Source of the DNA: Gekko japonicus
Taxonomy: Eukaryota
Direction of reading: 5' to 3'
DNA: 64,000 nt
NCBI RefSeq assembly: GCF_001447785.1
Contig: NW_015170278.1
Location: forward strand, 1,851,144 to 1,915,143
The position numbers and the translations under genes were made by a program. Positions 37,521-50,400 of this stretch are shown in pieces; the stretch's first letter is position 1, and each line of letters starts with the position of its first letter. The notes under the pieces are model-generated. The model saw only the letters and a list, made by a program, of their open reading frames with translations. It was not told the DNA's origin and did no database searches.

Positions 37521-38829
37521 TTTCATTAGTTATTCCCTACTACATTTTTCATAAAAAAACATGTTTTTCTGGTGTGTGTGGGGGAAATGGAAATTTAGGG
37601 GAAATTGAAATATATGCAATACTTAATTTCTTAACTAATCAAAACTCCATACTACATGTTTTGAGTGAGTAAAACCTTGTCTTTAAAAGCCTTTCATTCA
37701 TTCCAAAAGAGAAAACATACAATTGGAGGTGTCCCGTCCCCCCCCCGGGCTTCCCACGTACTCCAAATTTTCTGTTGGAAAAACTGGAAATAGCCCTGAA
37801 TCCCCATGGTTCTTTTCTCCACCCCCACCCCACCCTACCCCATTACATCACAAATCCTTGCTTGTAGATTTAGTTGAATGAGCCCGTCTGCATTTTTCAT
37901 ATGGGTAGCCGTGCACAAAAGACTACTCTGAGATCACACATCAACATCATGGTGAAGAGAGCACCAGGCACAGAAGCTGAAAACATAAGTTCTACAGCTG
38001 TAAAGGCTGCATGTTTGGTGGGGCAGGAGGGTGCCCAGATATAAGGGAAATGACAGAAGACTGGGAATTGGATTGGGAGTTCCATTTTGCGAACGTATGA
38101 TTCAGTAGAGTAGGAAGGGAGAATACAATCCCCAAAAAGCACAGGCTGACTGTGCAACATTTTGAGGAGGTGCCAAGTCAGACAAAAGTGTCAACCACTA
38201 GGATTAACTGGACAGAGGCAAAACCCTGCCCCACCCACTGGAGTTCTGGTGAGCATTGCTGGATGTTCTTTCCTCTTCTTGAGACCAGCTGCCTCACGTG
38301 TTCATAGTTTCCTTTATAGTGTGTAAGTACATTCAAGGAACTAGTGTGTTTAGCAAGATAAGACCAGCTACTTTTGTGTGGGATCGTTTTAGTTTGTTCA
38401 GGTGTGTGTTTTGTACATGGCAAACACCCAAGCTAATTATTTGTTTTGGGGAATTTGGCCATCTAAGAGAGACCCTGCTCTAAGCTCCCTTGTCCCAGAT
38501 TGTGTTTTGGGAGATAGAACAGCCTCAATAATTGCCAAAAGGGGAGGTGATATTTTTCCCTTGAATGCTGTAGACTTCTCTTATAAAAAATCAAAGTCAG
38601 AGCAGTATCACATTTTTACACAATGCAGGGATGAGCATGTGCCTTCCTGATAATTTTTCACCTGGCGGAGAAATGGAAATGTGTCTCTATGTCCCTTTCT
38701 CCTTATGAAAGGAAGATGGAAGAGGAATGAGTCTGAGCTAGCAGACAATTAAAGTTATTGTTTGGCTTTCCGCCTATCCCCCTTCCACCATAATACACCA
38801 AAATCAGTTCTAAGTTCCCAAAATATGAT

Positions 38830-39373
38830 GGGTGCATTCAGACGGCTCTTTAGATCCGCGCGAGGCACGGGTGCCTCATGGATTTAAATGTAATGTCTAG
38901 ACATCAACTTCTGGGAAATGTCTGTCTTCCGTGAGCATCCCGTTTTACCACGCTTTGGAGTCGTACCAAAAGGATACTACTTTAAATCTAGAGTTTTTGG
39001 TTCCGACGGGCCACTCGTGGACTTTCTCCCATCTGATTGTTCCAGCGCGCAATTAAAAATGGCACCCGTTCAGGATGGTCTGACGTCAGACCATCCCGAA
39101 TGGGTGCCATTTTTAAAAAAATCTTGGTTCTGCGCATGTGCGAATAACCAAGGACACAATATCATGCCTATGCGCAAACTTTTGTTTTTTTAAAAAAGCC
39201 ACTACACGCGTGCCTCATTCAGTGGACGCCATCTAGACAATCCACAGCGGAAGCAGTGCGCAGTAAGGCGATTCCCCCGGGGGATGTCTGGTCGTGCGAA
39301 AATGGATTTAAAAGATCGGGATCAAATTTGAGCCAGCATAATGGTGGGATTAACTGTCCATCTGAACACACCT
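38830..39373. mobile_element. PIF/Harbinger-like MITE with central palindrome
   Basis: TIRs GGTGCATTCAGACGG / CCATCTGAACACACC, flanks tgatg on both sides. Confidence 0.6.
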
Positions 39374-40855
39374 GATGTTCCACAAAACATAACAAAGTGA
39401 CACATATACAAAGCTGTAAAATATGACTGCCACCTTATTCTCCCTGTGGTAGTGCTAGCCCTGATAATCTAGCATCCATGGTCTGTCTTTGTTTAAAACA
39501 AATGCGTCCCATTCTTTCTCCCAGATTCTTGGGTTTACATATATGGGTTTTCCCTCATTTATGAGATGTATGATAATTGCTCCAAGATTACTTAATGAGA
39601 TTCATAAGTGAGCAGGAATTTGAACCTGGGTCTCACCAGTCCCAAGTCTAACATATATCCATTATATCACTCTGGCTGTCATAGAGAAACTAGCAGAACT
39701 TCATTAATTCACATCCTAGTATGAGAAGGTAGGAGATTTTGGTTGGCTGCCCAAGCTTGACCCTCTTCTACACTGAAATCATGTACTAGGTAAAAGCTGG
39801 AACATGCCTTCTGCTGAGATTTTGGTGGCCTCATGTCAAACATCAGGATGTTCCATCCAGTAAGTTCTGATAGCATTTTTATAATTCTTATGTGATCAGT
39901 ATCTGGAACAGCTATCATAATCCTACAGGTCCAAATTCACACCTACCGCTGCCCCCTCCCACTATTGCTGTGAAAAACAGACATTTAAATGTACAGGGTT
40001 TGTGAATCACTTGACGGCTATCTATGATGGTTGGTTTCTAATCACATTTCAATGTTCCTGTGCTTTACTTTGCATACGTGATTCCAGTCTAAACCCAGGT
40101 ATTGACTCTTGATTGTGAAGTATCCTAACTGTGCCATCCTTAACACAGTATACCCTTTTAAGAAGGGTTGCCAGCTTTGGGTTGGGAAATTCCTAGAGAT
40201 TTTGGGGGGTGGGGCCTGGGATGGGCAGTGTTTGGGGAGGGGAGGGACCTCAGCAGGGTATAATGCCATAAAGTCCATCTTCCCAAACAGCCATTTTCTC
40301 CAGGGGAATTGATCTAGCCTGGATCTAGCCTTGGAATTCTGGGCGGTCTTCAGCTATCATGTGAAGGCTGGCAACCCTATTTCTAAGCTTATTGAAGTTT
40401 GGGGTCTTAGAATGGTATAAGTCATTGTAAATAACACGATCCTATCTTTAGCTTGGTTTGTCCCTTCCAGTCCTTGTCTTGCTTTTCTTTTATTTGCTTT
40501 CTATTTATTTTGAAGGGTCTCGGAGCAGTTTAACACTTTTTTTTTCCTGATGGCCTTTCCAATGTTCCAGAGGATTCCTGTCATTTTCCCTCTTGTAAAG
40601 GCATAATGGGATTTGCCCAAGGTCATCTACTGTTTATGCAGGAGAGCTCACACTGAAAGTCATCCATTATAACTCCCCATTCTTCTCTATGTATTTATTT
40701 CTTTGCTAGGAAAGCACTCTGTAAATAGTTTACATAAAAACTGGATGGAGCAAACCAGAACATGTTTAGCCAAAAATTTGAAAAACCTTGGAAGCAGGTT
40801 AGACAGACCTAGATAACTGCTATATGGGGAGGGGTTCAGTCACTCACGGAATTAT

Positions 40856-41070
40856 AGGAGCAAAGTTTGAGTCCAGTGGTACCTTTAAGACCAACAAAGT
40901 TTTATTCTAAGTATAAGCTTTTGTGTGCATGCATGTATGTATCTGAAGAAGGGTATGTGTACACGAAAGCTTATACCTTGAGTTAACCTTTGTTGGTCTT
41001 AAAGGTGTCACTGGACTCAAATTTTGTTCTGTTGCTTTAGACCAGCACGGCTACCCACCTGAATCTATCT
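40856..41070. mobile_element. Penelope-like pseudo-LTR inverted structure containing a minimal hammerhead-like motif
   Basis: Inverted arms tttgagtccagtgg.acctttaagaccaacaaag / ctttgttggtcttaaaggtg.cactggactcaaa. Core CTGAAGA...GAAAGCTT at 40943-40972. Confidence 0.65.
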
Positions 41071-43706
41071 TCACAGAGTCATAGGTACAGATGCCATAGC
41101 TCTGTTCTGGTTCCCCATAAAGAAAACTTACGAAGTTGTATTAGCAGCCTCTGGGTGTATAGGAGATCCCGGTCTTAGGACAGGGGGTTGAAAAGAGAAG
41201 ATCATTTCATGTTTAGACCCTGGTTAAAATGTCTGACTAGGACCAGGGTAGGGGGGCAGAGGCTGAGCTCAAATTCTAATTCAGCCGTGAAACTCCTCTG
41301 GCTACCAGCTGCTCCCCACAGCTGATAGCCCCCCCCCTTTGCTCTTTGGAATGTTGTCGGGCCGTGCAGATTCTACTTCTTGTGGCATTTAAGTATTTAG
41401 CTCAGAGGGCAAGCTAGGATTATGCTTCAGGTGGCAACTATTTCACACTGTTCTTTCCTTCAACTCTGCCCTGCCAGCCTTCCCCATATATGTGGGGTGG
41501 GGGAAGCAAGTATATGCATTGTCAAAACAACCACAGTCAATTGCCCCACTGGGGTATGGAGTGTGTTCCCTGGCTAGTTGCTTGTGAATGGTGTTCTGAT
41601 AAGGAATCTCAAGCCTCATTGGCACTTATCTGCCCTGGAGGAAACAGCTGTTTGTGGCAGGCACTGCCAAGATTTTTCCCACAGAAAGGGAGAGGTGCAT
41701 AGGCTGTAGTATATACACTGACTTTTGCCAGACATAAACACGAAAATGGGGTTTTGAAAATGTTATTCCTACTAGAAAACAAACTCTTTCTTTTATATAT
41801 ATAGTGAATCTTAAAAGTCCTGGATTGCAAACCAAGAAAGTAACCCCAAGTTGTTCTGGATTGCTTCAAGTTTAGATGTGTGCTGTCCAAGCGCACTCGA
41901 GTTTGTCCTGGAGAATTATGAGATCCATAAGAGCACAACAATTTCAAATTAGGAGCTGGAAAAGTAGAGTGGTTGTATCCCCTGTGTGTAGCTATGACTT
42001 TGATGCGTGAGCCTTGAGTTAAGTCTATAACTGCCGTGTGCAGGTGCAGCTAAACTCTGTTGCACAGCTGTGGGCATCCCGCAGGAATACACTTGCTGCC
42101 TTACGCTTCTCAACCGAGCCTGGGACATAGCAGGCTGCGTAACGTTGTGTGCAAAGCAGGGAAGGGGAGGATTCAAGCTTTGTGTATGAACAGAAATCAT
42201 CTCTACTGACTTGTCTTATCATGATCTCTCTGCTCACTCTCTAAGCTGTGTCCGTGTAGTGGAGAAGTGGTGCTGGTGGCTGCTGCTCAGCATTCTCCCT
42301 CTTGGGGCTCACCAAATGCCCTCCCAATCCCAAGCCTGGGTATCTTATGACGACAGCTGCAAAATCTTGTCGTTTTGTGCTGGAGTCAACTAGTGGGTAA
42401 TAAAATATTGGTTTTATCACGTTCTTGAACTTTAAATGTTTTATAGCATTTTGGTGATTTTTTTTTTCTTATTTGCTTTGGCTCTTTGTAACTAGGCTAA
42501 AAGTTAAGAAATGAATATATGACCTCCCATCCTCCTTTGCTCTCTGCTCTTCCTTTTGAATCCAAGAGGATTGATTGTCCTTGGTGGGCTCATTCTTCTT
42601 TGGACCTTAATGCTCTTTGGCATGCAGCTCTGTCAGTGAAAATGAACCATTTCCCCTACTCTGGGACCGGTGAGAATCCTAGTCCTGAAGAGCCATTAAG
42701 TGTGTTGGGCCACATAATTAAACATGTGAAAAGCTGCAGTAATATTTCCGTGAATCTTATTTTTGTCTGAGAAGATGGCCTTTGGTTCAATTTATAAGAA
42801 TTTTCCCTTACAGCTTTAAAACTCTAAGTTAGGACTTGGTGGGGAGGAATACCTCCCTTCCAAGTTTATCTTTTTGGACTGCCTTAAATCCTTCCCTGTC
42901 TTTCTAACATTGTTCATAGAAGGACATCTGTAGTCTTTATGAACCTTCTCAAGGGCAAAAAAGTGAGTAACAAAATCCAGGGTATGGAATGAAGTGATCA
43001 TGTAGGAGAGGTTGAGTTAGCAATTCCCCCCAGATTCCATGCCCAGACTGTGGTTTCCCAGACTATGTGGGGCCCTTGCTCTGGCAGTTTCCCATTTGTC
43101 ATGCCAGCAGCAGACTCTGATCAGCTCGTGGTCGTGTTGTTAGATGAAAAAGAGACTGTTTAAGCAGAGCCAGGTTTCTGTCTTTTCCCCAAGTACCATG
43201 GAGACACAATAATGTGGTTGGGAAAGGGGCAGTATGAGGTCTTAAACATAAGAACATAAGAACATAAGAGATGCCAATGTTGGATCAGGCCAAAGGCCCA
43301 TCCAGTCCAACACTCTGTATCCCACAGTGGCCAGAAATACCAGTGCCATCAGGAGGTCCACCAGTGGTGAGGGGTGCTCTATGTCTGTGAAGGAGCTCTG
43401 GGCACAAAGCCCAGGCTCTCCTCACATTGGTAAATTAGGTGATGAAGAAAGAGACCATTATTTTAACCACAATGAACAGGGCGGAGAACAACACTTGGAA
43501 ACAAAAGTCCTCTTTGGAAGGGCTGAATCCTTGTTTCTGTTGAAGCGATAGTGTTGTGAACCTCTTATAGCTCAGCAGTAGACCATCACTTAGTTCAGCC
43601 TAAGAACATGTGGAACCTGCTTGACCAGACCTTTAGTCCATTTAGTCCAGCATACTGTCCTGGAGGGCCAAAAAACCAGCAACCAAAAACCTCTGCAACA
43701 TACTCC

Positions 43707-44697
43707 TTTTTTAATATAATTTTTAAAATTATTTTCTTACTACAAACACTAACAACACTACAAGCACTACAACACTAAACTAGAATATAAGCGACACAAG
43801 GATCATAGAAAATGATTGGTCATTAGCTTAGGCAAAGTTCCCTCTATAGTGAAATTAATGGAATGGAGTTATTTCTTATCGCTTCCTTACAAACTGGTAA
43901 TTATATGATTAAATCAGGTAGTTACAGTTTAAACATTTTAACTTTCAAGCTTATAAGATTATATTATTTCGGCTTTTTTTCTCTGAACTTCTTTTTATCA
44001 AAGTTCCATTGGACCTTCAAGTGTTTTGGGGCTGCCGCCCCTTTATCTGATTCGGAGTCCTCTTCTGGATTACTGCCCGCCGTATTTCCCGAACTTTCTG
44101 ACCCATATGTGCTGCCTTCTTCTTCCAAGTCTTCTTCTGTTGCTCTCTTGTCGTACGCTGGTCTTTGTTGCTGTTCCAAAAACGCCTTCGCTTTAAAGAC
44201 AGAGTCAATCTTTTCTTTTTTGTCTTTAGAGTTGAAGACAAGTCCCTCAGGTATTATCCATTTGTATGGTGTGGAGTTTTTCTGCAAAAAGCTAGTTAAG
44301 TTTTTATACTGTTCTCTCTTCCTTCTTATTTCAAATGGTATGTCTTTTAAGACTCTATTTTCTCGTCTTTGATTTTTAGAGTTGTTCCATTTGTGGCCTT
44401 GAGCACCACCATGTCTTTTGTAGATCTCTTTGAGAATCTCACCATTATTTCCCCAGGCAGGTTTTTTTTTCTTAATAAATTCTGGATATGTCCGATAGAT
44501 CATATCCATATTGCTTTGTAGTACATCCGCTGTTAAACCTGTCATTGGGGCCAACGCTTCACTTAAGATTTCCTTCAGTTTCTCACCTCTCTGTTCAGGA
44601 ACACCTTGAAATCTCAGAACATAAGTTGATTTTTCGATTTGGAGTCTTAAAAGCTGGTCTTTGTCAGAGATCCTGTCTTTCTCCAGCCTTTGCAGTT
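43707..44697 (-). mobile_element. ORF1-only L1 derivative (half-L1-like), subfamily B
   Basis: LRFQGVPE, LKDIPFEIRRKR and YKWIIPEG motifs (frameshifted mid-ORF), acidic tail with GAAAPK, short 3'UTR and A-tail. TSD CAACATACTC at 43696-43705 and 44698-44707. Confidence 0.8.
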
Positions 44698-46110
44698 CAA
44701 CATACTCTTGAGGCAGCAGTCTGGCGGTGATCAACAGAAAACTGCTGATGATTGGTGCTGGACAGACTCTTCCATCTTTTTGCTAGGTTTTATTGTGCAT
44801 GTTGCAGTGATCTATGAAATTAAGTGGATCATGAAGCATAACACAGTAGCTCCTGTTCCCAGATAAGGCATGACTAGATTATGAAGCCCTGACCTAAATG
44901 ATGCCATCTGAATTTCCATGGAAGGAATCATCCTGTCTTAGTGGACTGCTCTTGGAATTCTAGTGAATTGTGAATATTAAACACACATAATGTGATGAAT
45001 GCATTACATTGATACTTGGTGGATTCTCAGTGCCCCAAAAGCTGAAGGAACTTGCAGTAACATCATAGCAACGCATTTCTGACATGACAGATCTTCATTA
45101 CTGAAGTCACAATCAGAGATATGGAGGGAGCCCTTAAGAAGTGATCGTTATGAATGATATTGGCTTCAGTGAAATTTTTGGTAATAAAATGGATCCTTTC
45201 ACAGCAGATTTGTGATGGGGGAAACCTTTAGCTCTCCATAATGTGCAAAATCTATTGTTGTTCTTCCCAAAAGAATGGATTTCATGGAATCATCACACTC
45301 TCTGAAGAGGATCAGGCGTAATCTCAGAACAGTACTCTTGTAGTTGACCCTCATCCCCCTTTTTACTACTTCCATCATCAATCTCTTTCTCTGGTGACAA
45401 TACTTGAGCAGGAGAGAAGTCTTGCCAGATTAACGCAAATATAAAAGCTCCCTATTCAAAGAGGAATTTGCTAGGGGAAGTTTTCTTAAACAACAAAAGG
45501 CTGAGAGCCTGTGCCAATGCTATTCTGAGGCAGCAAAATATTATTTCTGTTCAATAATAGAAAAATAAATGGCTTCTTCTGATGTGGAGCCATGTGAGGC
45601 TTATGTTCCCTATAAACTTTCAGGAATAGATAGGCAATTACATGACTGAGAGCAGACCTAAGTGATTCAAGAACCTTCCCAACATGCTCAGTATGTAGTG
45701 TGTGTATTTGTTGCTGTTGTAGTTCAGACAGTTGGCTTTAATGTGGTAGGGTTACCCCATTTTCTGAGCACTCAAAGCACAAATCTGTTGCTGTTTTGGA
45801 AAATACTATTTTCCCCTCTACCAATAATTGCAAATGCATTTGTATTAGAAGGTCTCTTTCCATATGTCCCTGTGTGCCAACTACAGTTGTCAAGCAGCCA
45901 TCTGTTAGCTACCCCACCACATAGGGTGGCCCGTCTGGCATTGGTCAAAGCCCGGGCCTTTTCCATCGTGGCTCCAGCTCTGTGGAATGGGCTCCCTGAA
46001 GAGGTGAGAGGGGCCCCCTTCCTTGGAGATCTTCAGGAGGCCCTGAAGATCTCGCGGGTTTTAAGGGGGTTTGAATGGCAGGCATCTTTGGGGGGGGGAG
46101 ATTTGGAGTT

Positions 46111-46714
46111 TGTTAAATACTGGGTTCTGGACGCATTGCAGTGAATCAGCACTAGTTTATTAAGAGATTTCAGGAACACTACTAGGACTGAGGAGCTGCA
46201 GTGGCTCAAGTGGTTAAGACGCTGAACGGCAGGCTGTGGAAGGTCGGTAGTTCAGCAGTTCGAGACCCGGGTGCCGCATGACGGAGTGAGCTCCCATCTC
46301 TAGTTCCAGCTCCTGCCAACCTAGCAGTTCAAAAGCAAGAAATTGCAAGTAGATAAATAGGTACCACTTCGGTGGGAAGGTAACAGTGTTCCGTGCGCCT
46401 TGGCGTTTAGTCATGCCGGCCACATGACCACGGAAACATCTTTGGACAGCGCTGGCTCTTCGGCTTTGAAACGGAGATGAGCACCACAACCCTTGAGTCG
46501 GATTTGACTGGCTTTCGAGCAAGGGAACCTTTACCTTTTTACTAGGACTGAATTCCAGGGCTTGCCGCCCTGCTTATAAAGCATGCAAAGACCACACCCT
46601 AACACACCCCACTCCCAACGATAGGCTATTTACATTACACTACTATGCTACTGGTTAACTTCAGAATCCTGGTCAGCTATAGTTCCAGGTACTGTTCAGA
46701 CTCAATACATAACA
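46111..46714 (-). mobile_element. Solo Gypsy-type LTR, itself interrupted by a Sauria SINE
   Basis: TGTTA...TAACA termini, perfect 5-bp TSD GAGTT, AATAAA on the minus strand, similarity to 3301-3501. Confidence 0.8.
46192..46539 (+). mobile_element. Full-length Sauria SINE (Squam1)
   Basis: Characteristic body (cctgccaacctagcagttc, gtagataaataggtacc, catgccggccacatgacc), ACCTTT tail and 12-bp TSD TACTAGGACTGA. Confidence 0.9.
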
Positions 46715-47078
46715 GAGTTTGCTATTTTATTTTTGGTTTTAACTAAAAAATGTTTTTAACTAATATTTTAAGCTTGCCTTGAACCCCAAGAAAAGGTGGG
46801 ATATAAATGTTTTAGTAAAATACACAAATTCTATGTGGAGAATGTGCAAGTTGGAGGCACTAGTTTGGTAGTGTCTGTGACATAAATGGTGACTAGTGGC
46901 ACAATTCTTTCACACATACCCTGTCCATCTGTTATTTATGAATTCTTGGGGATTTTAAATTATTTTCTGGAGGTGTTCCAATGAATGCAGGTCAAGCACA
47001 CAAGAATGTGACATGGTAATCTTGTTGAATTTAATAGGTCTGAGTATGGTTAGTGCCTCTACAGAAAACTGCTAAATA

Positions 47079-47476
47079 CAGGGGTCATTTCGTAGAAAAA
47101 GAGGTGCAGGAGCTCATTAGCATAACTCATTTGCATACGCCACACCCCCGGACATCACCGGAAGTGTGTCAAAAGGCAACACCCACCGCTCAGGCTCCAC
47201 TGGACTGTTTTGGATTGCTAGCTATTGTGGGGGAGGGGGGAACGTGCAGATATGTCCTCGCAGAGGAGGGAGAGCTTGTACTTGAATAAAACTTGGTCTT
47301 AAAGGTGCCACTGGACTGTTTTGGACCGGGGGGAGCTCTGCAACTTACCTGGCTGCTTCTTGCTCTGACTGAGGGCTGCTGGGAGCAGGGGGTGGGGCTT
47401 GTTGCATGTGCCCGCCCCCTGGGCTCTTTACTGCTGGAGCTCTGCTCCTGTGTGCTCCTGCAGGAAATGACCCCTG
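47079..47476. mobile_element. hAT MITE with CAGGGGTCATTTC TIRs
   Basis: Perfect 8-bp TSD GCTAAATA. Carries an ATTTGCAT octamer and a short Penelope-like piece. Partial inverted copy at ~26465-26549. Confidence 0.85.
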
Positions 47477-50400
47477 GCTAAATATATATTATTATAATTT
47501 ACTTCCTTTGTACTCTGCTTTTCTCCCCAGTGAAGACCCAAAGTGAATTACATTGTTCTCTTCTTTAAGTTTCTCTTGTGAGGTAGCAGTAGAAAAGAGC
47601 AAGAGTCAACTAGCACATTAACAAATAACAAAATTTGTGGCCGGGTATGAGCTTTAGTGAGTCACTGCTCACTTCTTCAGATAGGTTGGGCTGAGATTGT
47701 GTGGCTGGCCCAAGGTCATCTAGCAAGCTTCCATGGCAGAGTGGAGATCGGAACCTGTGTCTCCCCGATCCTATTCTGATAACTCTAACCACTACACAGA
47801 GCCATAGCTGGTGTTGGGGTGCATGGGGCGGTGCACCCTTTTGCAGCTGCAGTGCCCCCACCAGCATGTCAGAGCTGGAGCCCGACTCTCAGCTGGCCTG
47901 GGCATGATCTGGCATCCTGCCTTGTGCCCCTCCTCCCCCGGCACTTCCCTCCACGCCAAGGGCAGCTTCTCTGATGGGGGGGGGGGACGATGACGATGAT
48001 AGATGGGAGACCAGGAGCGCCCAAGCAGACCTCCCTGGTGTGCCAAGCCAAGGGAGAGGGCCTGGACCCCCTACCCTCTTTCATCCCCTGAGAAGGAGCC
48101 CTGCCCCCCAGGTTTGACGATCTCCAAACTGGTCCTGCCACTGCAGGAGCCCAGCCCTGTGCGCCCCTTTTCCGGATTCCTGCACCCATTCGTCCAGTTC
48201 CCAGCCAGCGCTGGTGCCGCCTTGCCCCTTTCCGACACACCCATGGTCTTCACTTTGCCCCTTGTTGTCATTCGGTGCTTTGTTTTTGGTCACTGGAGAG
48301 GGAGGATTCGGTGCACTTTTTTGAAGACTAAAGGTTTTGCTTTGCTCTTCCTGTGGAAGGAGGAAACAATACTGGCCCACCAAGAAGCAGGAAGAGTCGG
48401 CGATTGAGATGGGATGGGGGATTGGGGTGTGGGGTGCTGCAGATAAGCGCATTTAATTTAATTTATGTAAGAATTGATGGGGTGTGTCCAACCCCCTCAT
48501 CTTACACTGCAGATAAGCGCATTTAATTTAATTTAATTTAATTTATGTAAGAATCGATGGGGTGTGTCCAACCCCCTCATCTTACCACTCCACTAAACAA
48601 AATTGTGTATGTGTGTGAGAAGTGCCTTCAAATTGCAGCTGACTTATGGCGACCCCGGCAAGGGGTTTTCAAGGCAAGTGAGGAGCAGAGGTGGTTTGCC
48701 ATTGCCTTTCTCTGCAAAGCCTTCCTTGGTGGTCTCCCTTCCAAGCACCAACCATGCTAAGGTTCCACGGTCTGACAATATCTGGCTATACCAGGCTGGC
48801 TTCACTCCCATACATATATATATATGTGTGTGTGTGTGTGTTTCCGCGTGTGTATACACACACACACACACACACACACCCCACCTTTCCTTTAGGCACA
48901 GTTTTGAAGCCTTCCTCCAAATTAAGTGGTTCTTACATGGGAGGAAGAGCCACTTAGGCTGGAGGAAGGGCCACTTGAAGGATGGTTGGATCCACTTCAA
49001 TAGGAATGATGCACAAGTGGTAAAATGTGACTGGAGAATGTGATGGAACAGTATTATTATTATTTTTCAGTTCAGTTATAGAAGAGGATGAAGAAGCATA
49101 GGGCAGAGAAACAAAAATGGCTGTTAGCAATCAGACAGACTCGTTTTATTTATGTACAATATATGCAATTAGATTCCCTTCTAAAATATTTACCTGACAT
49201 ACAATTAAAAAAATACTATGTCAAACTAATTTTCAGGTGGTTGGAGGAGAAACAACCCTAGTATGGAGGAGAGGAGAGTGTTGTGTTTTCTGTCAGGTAA
49301 TAGGCAATCGTTTGCCTTAACAGAAGTCTGAATGTTATCTTTTTGTACTTCAGGCATCACACCCAGCCAGTGTGATCGCATTTAAAAAGCTTCTGAGAGT
49401 TTTAATTTCAATTAAATGCAGTGCTATCATCTTTGCTGTTCTTGAAAAAGCTGGAAACTCAGATCCCAAACTTGTTCATGTCCCAGACTTTCACCTTTAT
49501 GAGTAAAGGTTCCCCCCCCCTCACTTTTATGCCCTTTGGTTGTGCATGTTTATATTCTCTGGGAATGCATGGGAATGAGGACGGAGGGCAGGGGGGGTCT
49601 GTCTCTCTTATGAAACAGCTGCAAGACCCCTTTGCTGGTCCACTGCCCTTCAATAATAATCCTTCATGAGCTGATGTGTAAGGAAGGAGACTGGATGCCA
49701 TACACACAGCAGGGGGTATGGGGCCAGGCCAGAAGGGTGGCAGCTGTCAGGGAAGGGTTCTTGCTGGGAATCTCTAGGATCAGGCCCTCATGAGTCAGGA
49801 GGGTCTACAACTGTTTGGAATCTATTCCTGGCAGTGGGAATTGTCAGAGGGAGAGGTTAGGTTGCTCACAGGAGGGGCCTGGGCATAACGTGCTTGTTCT
49901 TGCATTTGAGGCAGTGCCCCAGGGATAGAGCCGAACTGAACATGGTTTATGGCTTCTGCACAGAGGAAATCATGCTGTTTCTCCTGCCATGCTTGAGTGT
50001 CAGGTGTTTGCTCTAATATGCTATTTGGTTTCGTATCATTTTGCACAGGTTTCTTTTATAGCTTTTTTTTTTTTTGCAGTGGAGACATATATAAGACTTG
50101 ATATTTGTGTGTATTGTAGTCTCTGTATGAGCTGATTGTTAGGTATGAACATTGTTTGCACAAAGGAGTGGGAATGGTCTTTACTATAAAAAGAATATGA
50201 CTTCATTTATAATTAAATGTGGCATTTATATAGTAGTTTTTGATTGTTCTAATATAATCATAATCCTTAGCAAAATCCTCTGTGGTAGATCAGTTTTTTT
50301 GAACTCTGTGTTACACAGAAGTGAGGCTAAAAGGCATGGGCTTGTTTAAAGCCACTGCATTCTATTATTTATTTAAATATTTTATCCCATTTTTCTTTTG

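Larger units (their letters stand above)
45850..46825 (+). mobile_element. L2 LINE 3' end, split by a solo LTR
   Basis: RAFSIVAPALWNGLPEEVR ORF2 terminus before 46110. L2 tail (taagcttgccttgaaccc...gggatataaat) after 46720. Confidence 0.75.

Noticed and set aside
44698-44734. N-terminus MITARLLPQEYV of ORF 43964-44734
   Set aside because: Lies in or beyond the TSD, so it is flanking DNA read through by chance.
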